A stretch of DNA of 37,503 nucleotides from Octopus bimaculoides (lineage: Eukaryota). Below are positions 36,765 through 37,503 of this stretch, one piece after another. Within the stretch, counting starts at the first letter, position 1; every line of letters begins with the position of its first letter. The stretch lies in the NCBI RefSeq assembly GCF_001194135.2, contig NW_026358976.1, positions 1 through 37,503 of the forward strand, written 5' to 3'. The notes beneath the pieces are model-generated. The model worked only from the letters and a program-made list of their open reading frames with translations. It ran no database searches and was not told the DNA's origin. Position numbers and translations under genes: made by a program.

Positions 36765-37503
36765 TCATACATAAATAGTAGATATATTCTTCATACACAC
36801 ATACACTCACATGTATATATTGGTGTATAATGTGAGTGTGTATATCTTAAGTATAAAGCCATCTCCCCACCACCATCGTCTTACCCAGAAAAGTAAGTCC
36901 TCCTCACCAATCCCAACCATCATCATTGTTTTCCTCATTATCTACCTCACCCTGTTTTTTTTATTCATCTCTCACTCCCCCCCCCATCTACTCTTGCATC
37001 CTTTGACCTTACTCCTTACCTCTTGACCACTCAATCCCTTCATCATCTACTATCTACTGTATTATTCTGCTGTTGTAAGTAATGAAATCAGAACTTGTTA
37101 CTGCAAACTTTTTACTTGTCACCATTTCTTTGCTGCCTGCCACCACTCCCTATCCTCCAAATTGTTCCTGTTTGACATCATCTCCTTGTTCTTATCGCTT
37201 CTATCATTCATATTTGTCATCAATGACCACTTTCCTTTGTTTATCATTCACTACATTCATTTCTTATTCACTTCTGACCATCTCCAGCCAATGCTTTCAT
37301 CTATATCCCTTTACCTTCTGCTCACATCTTTCTGACCGTATCCACTCTTACTGATTCTCCTGTGTCCATACTCTTTTATGTTCATCTTCTTCGACATGTC
37401 ATCATAGAGGTAACATCCTGGCACCTTGTCACCACCACATTTTTACCTCCGAATGTGGCACCATCCAAGTCAGCTACACATGTAAAATGCAAAATAACCA
37501 TGA

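Overview
About 37.5 kb of a gappy (16 N-runs, roughly 4.4 kb), AT-rich eukaryotic scaffold dense in microsatellites and SINEs. The tRNA-derived SINE families look cephalopod (Octopus-like); this is an inference from repeat content. The only securely identifiable host coding sequence is one + strand exon (about 28652-28806) encoding the N-terminal part of the Prospero/Prox homeodomain ([52 protein letters not shown]). Its 3' end has a normal GT donor. Its 5' end has no usable AG; instead a U12 (minor spliceosome) branch site TTCCTTAAC is followed by AC, as expected for the AT-AC intron known at this position in fly prospero and vertebrate PROX1. No upstream prospero exon with an ATATCCT donor and no next exon (EFYYIQMEKY...) is visible. 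The whole window therefore appears to be prospero intron, including what would be a minor-class intron longer than 28 kb. The introns hold several SINE families, an internally deleted DD37D (maT) Tc1/mariner element with both TIRs, a Tx1/L1-like LINE 3' fragment, two R4/Dong-like endonuclease fragments, DINE/HINE-like elements, a piggyBac-type MITE, local tandem duplications, an inverted repeat and several non-repetitive islands that may be regulatory. Nearly all ORFs in the supplied track are microsatellite or N artefacts.
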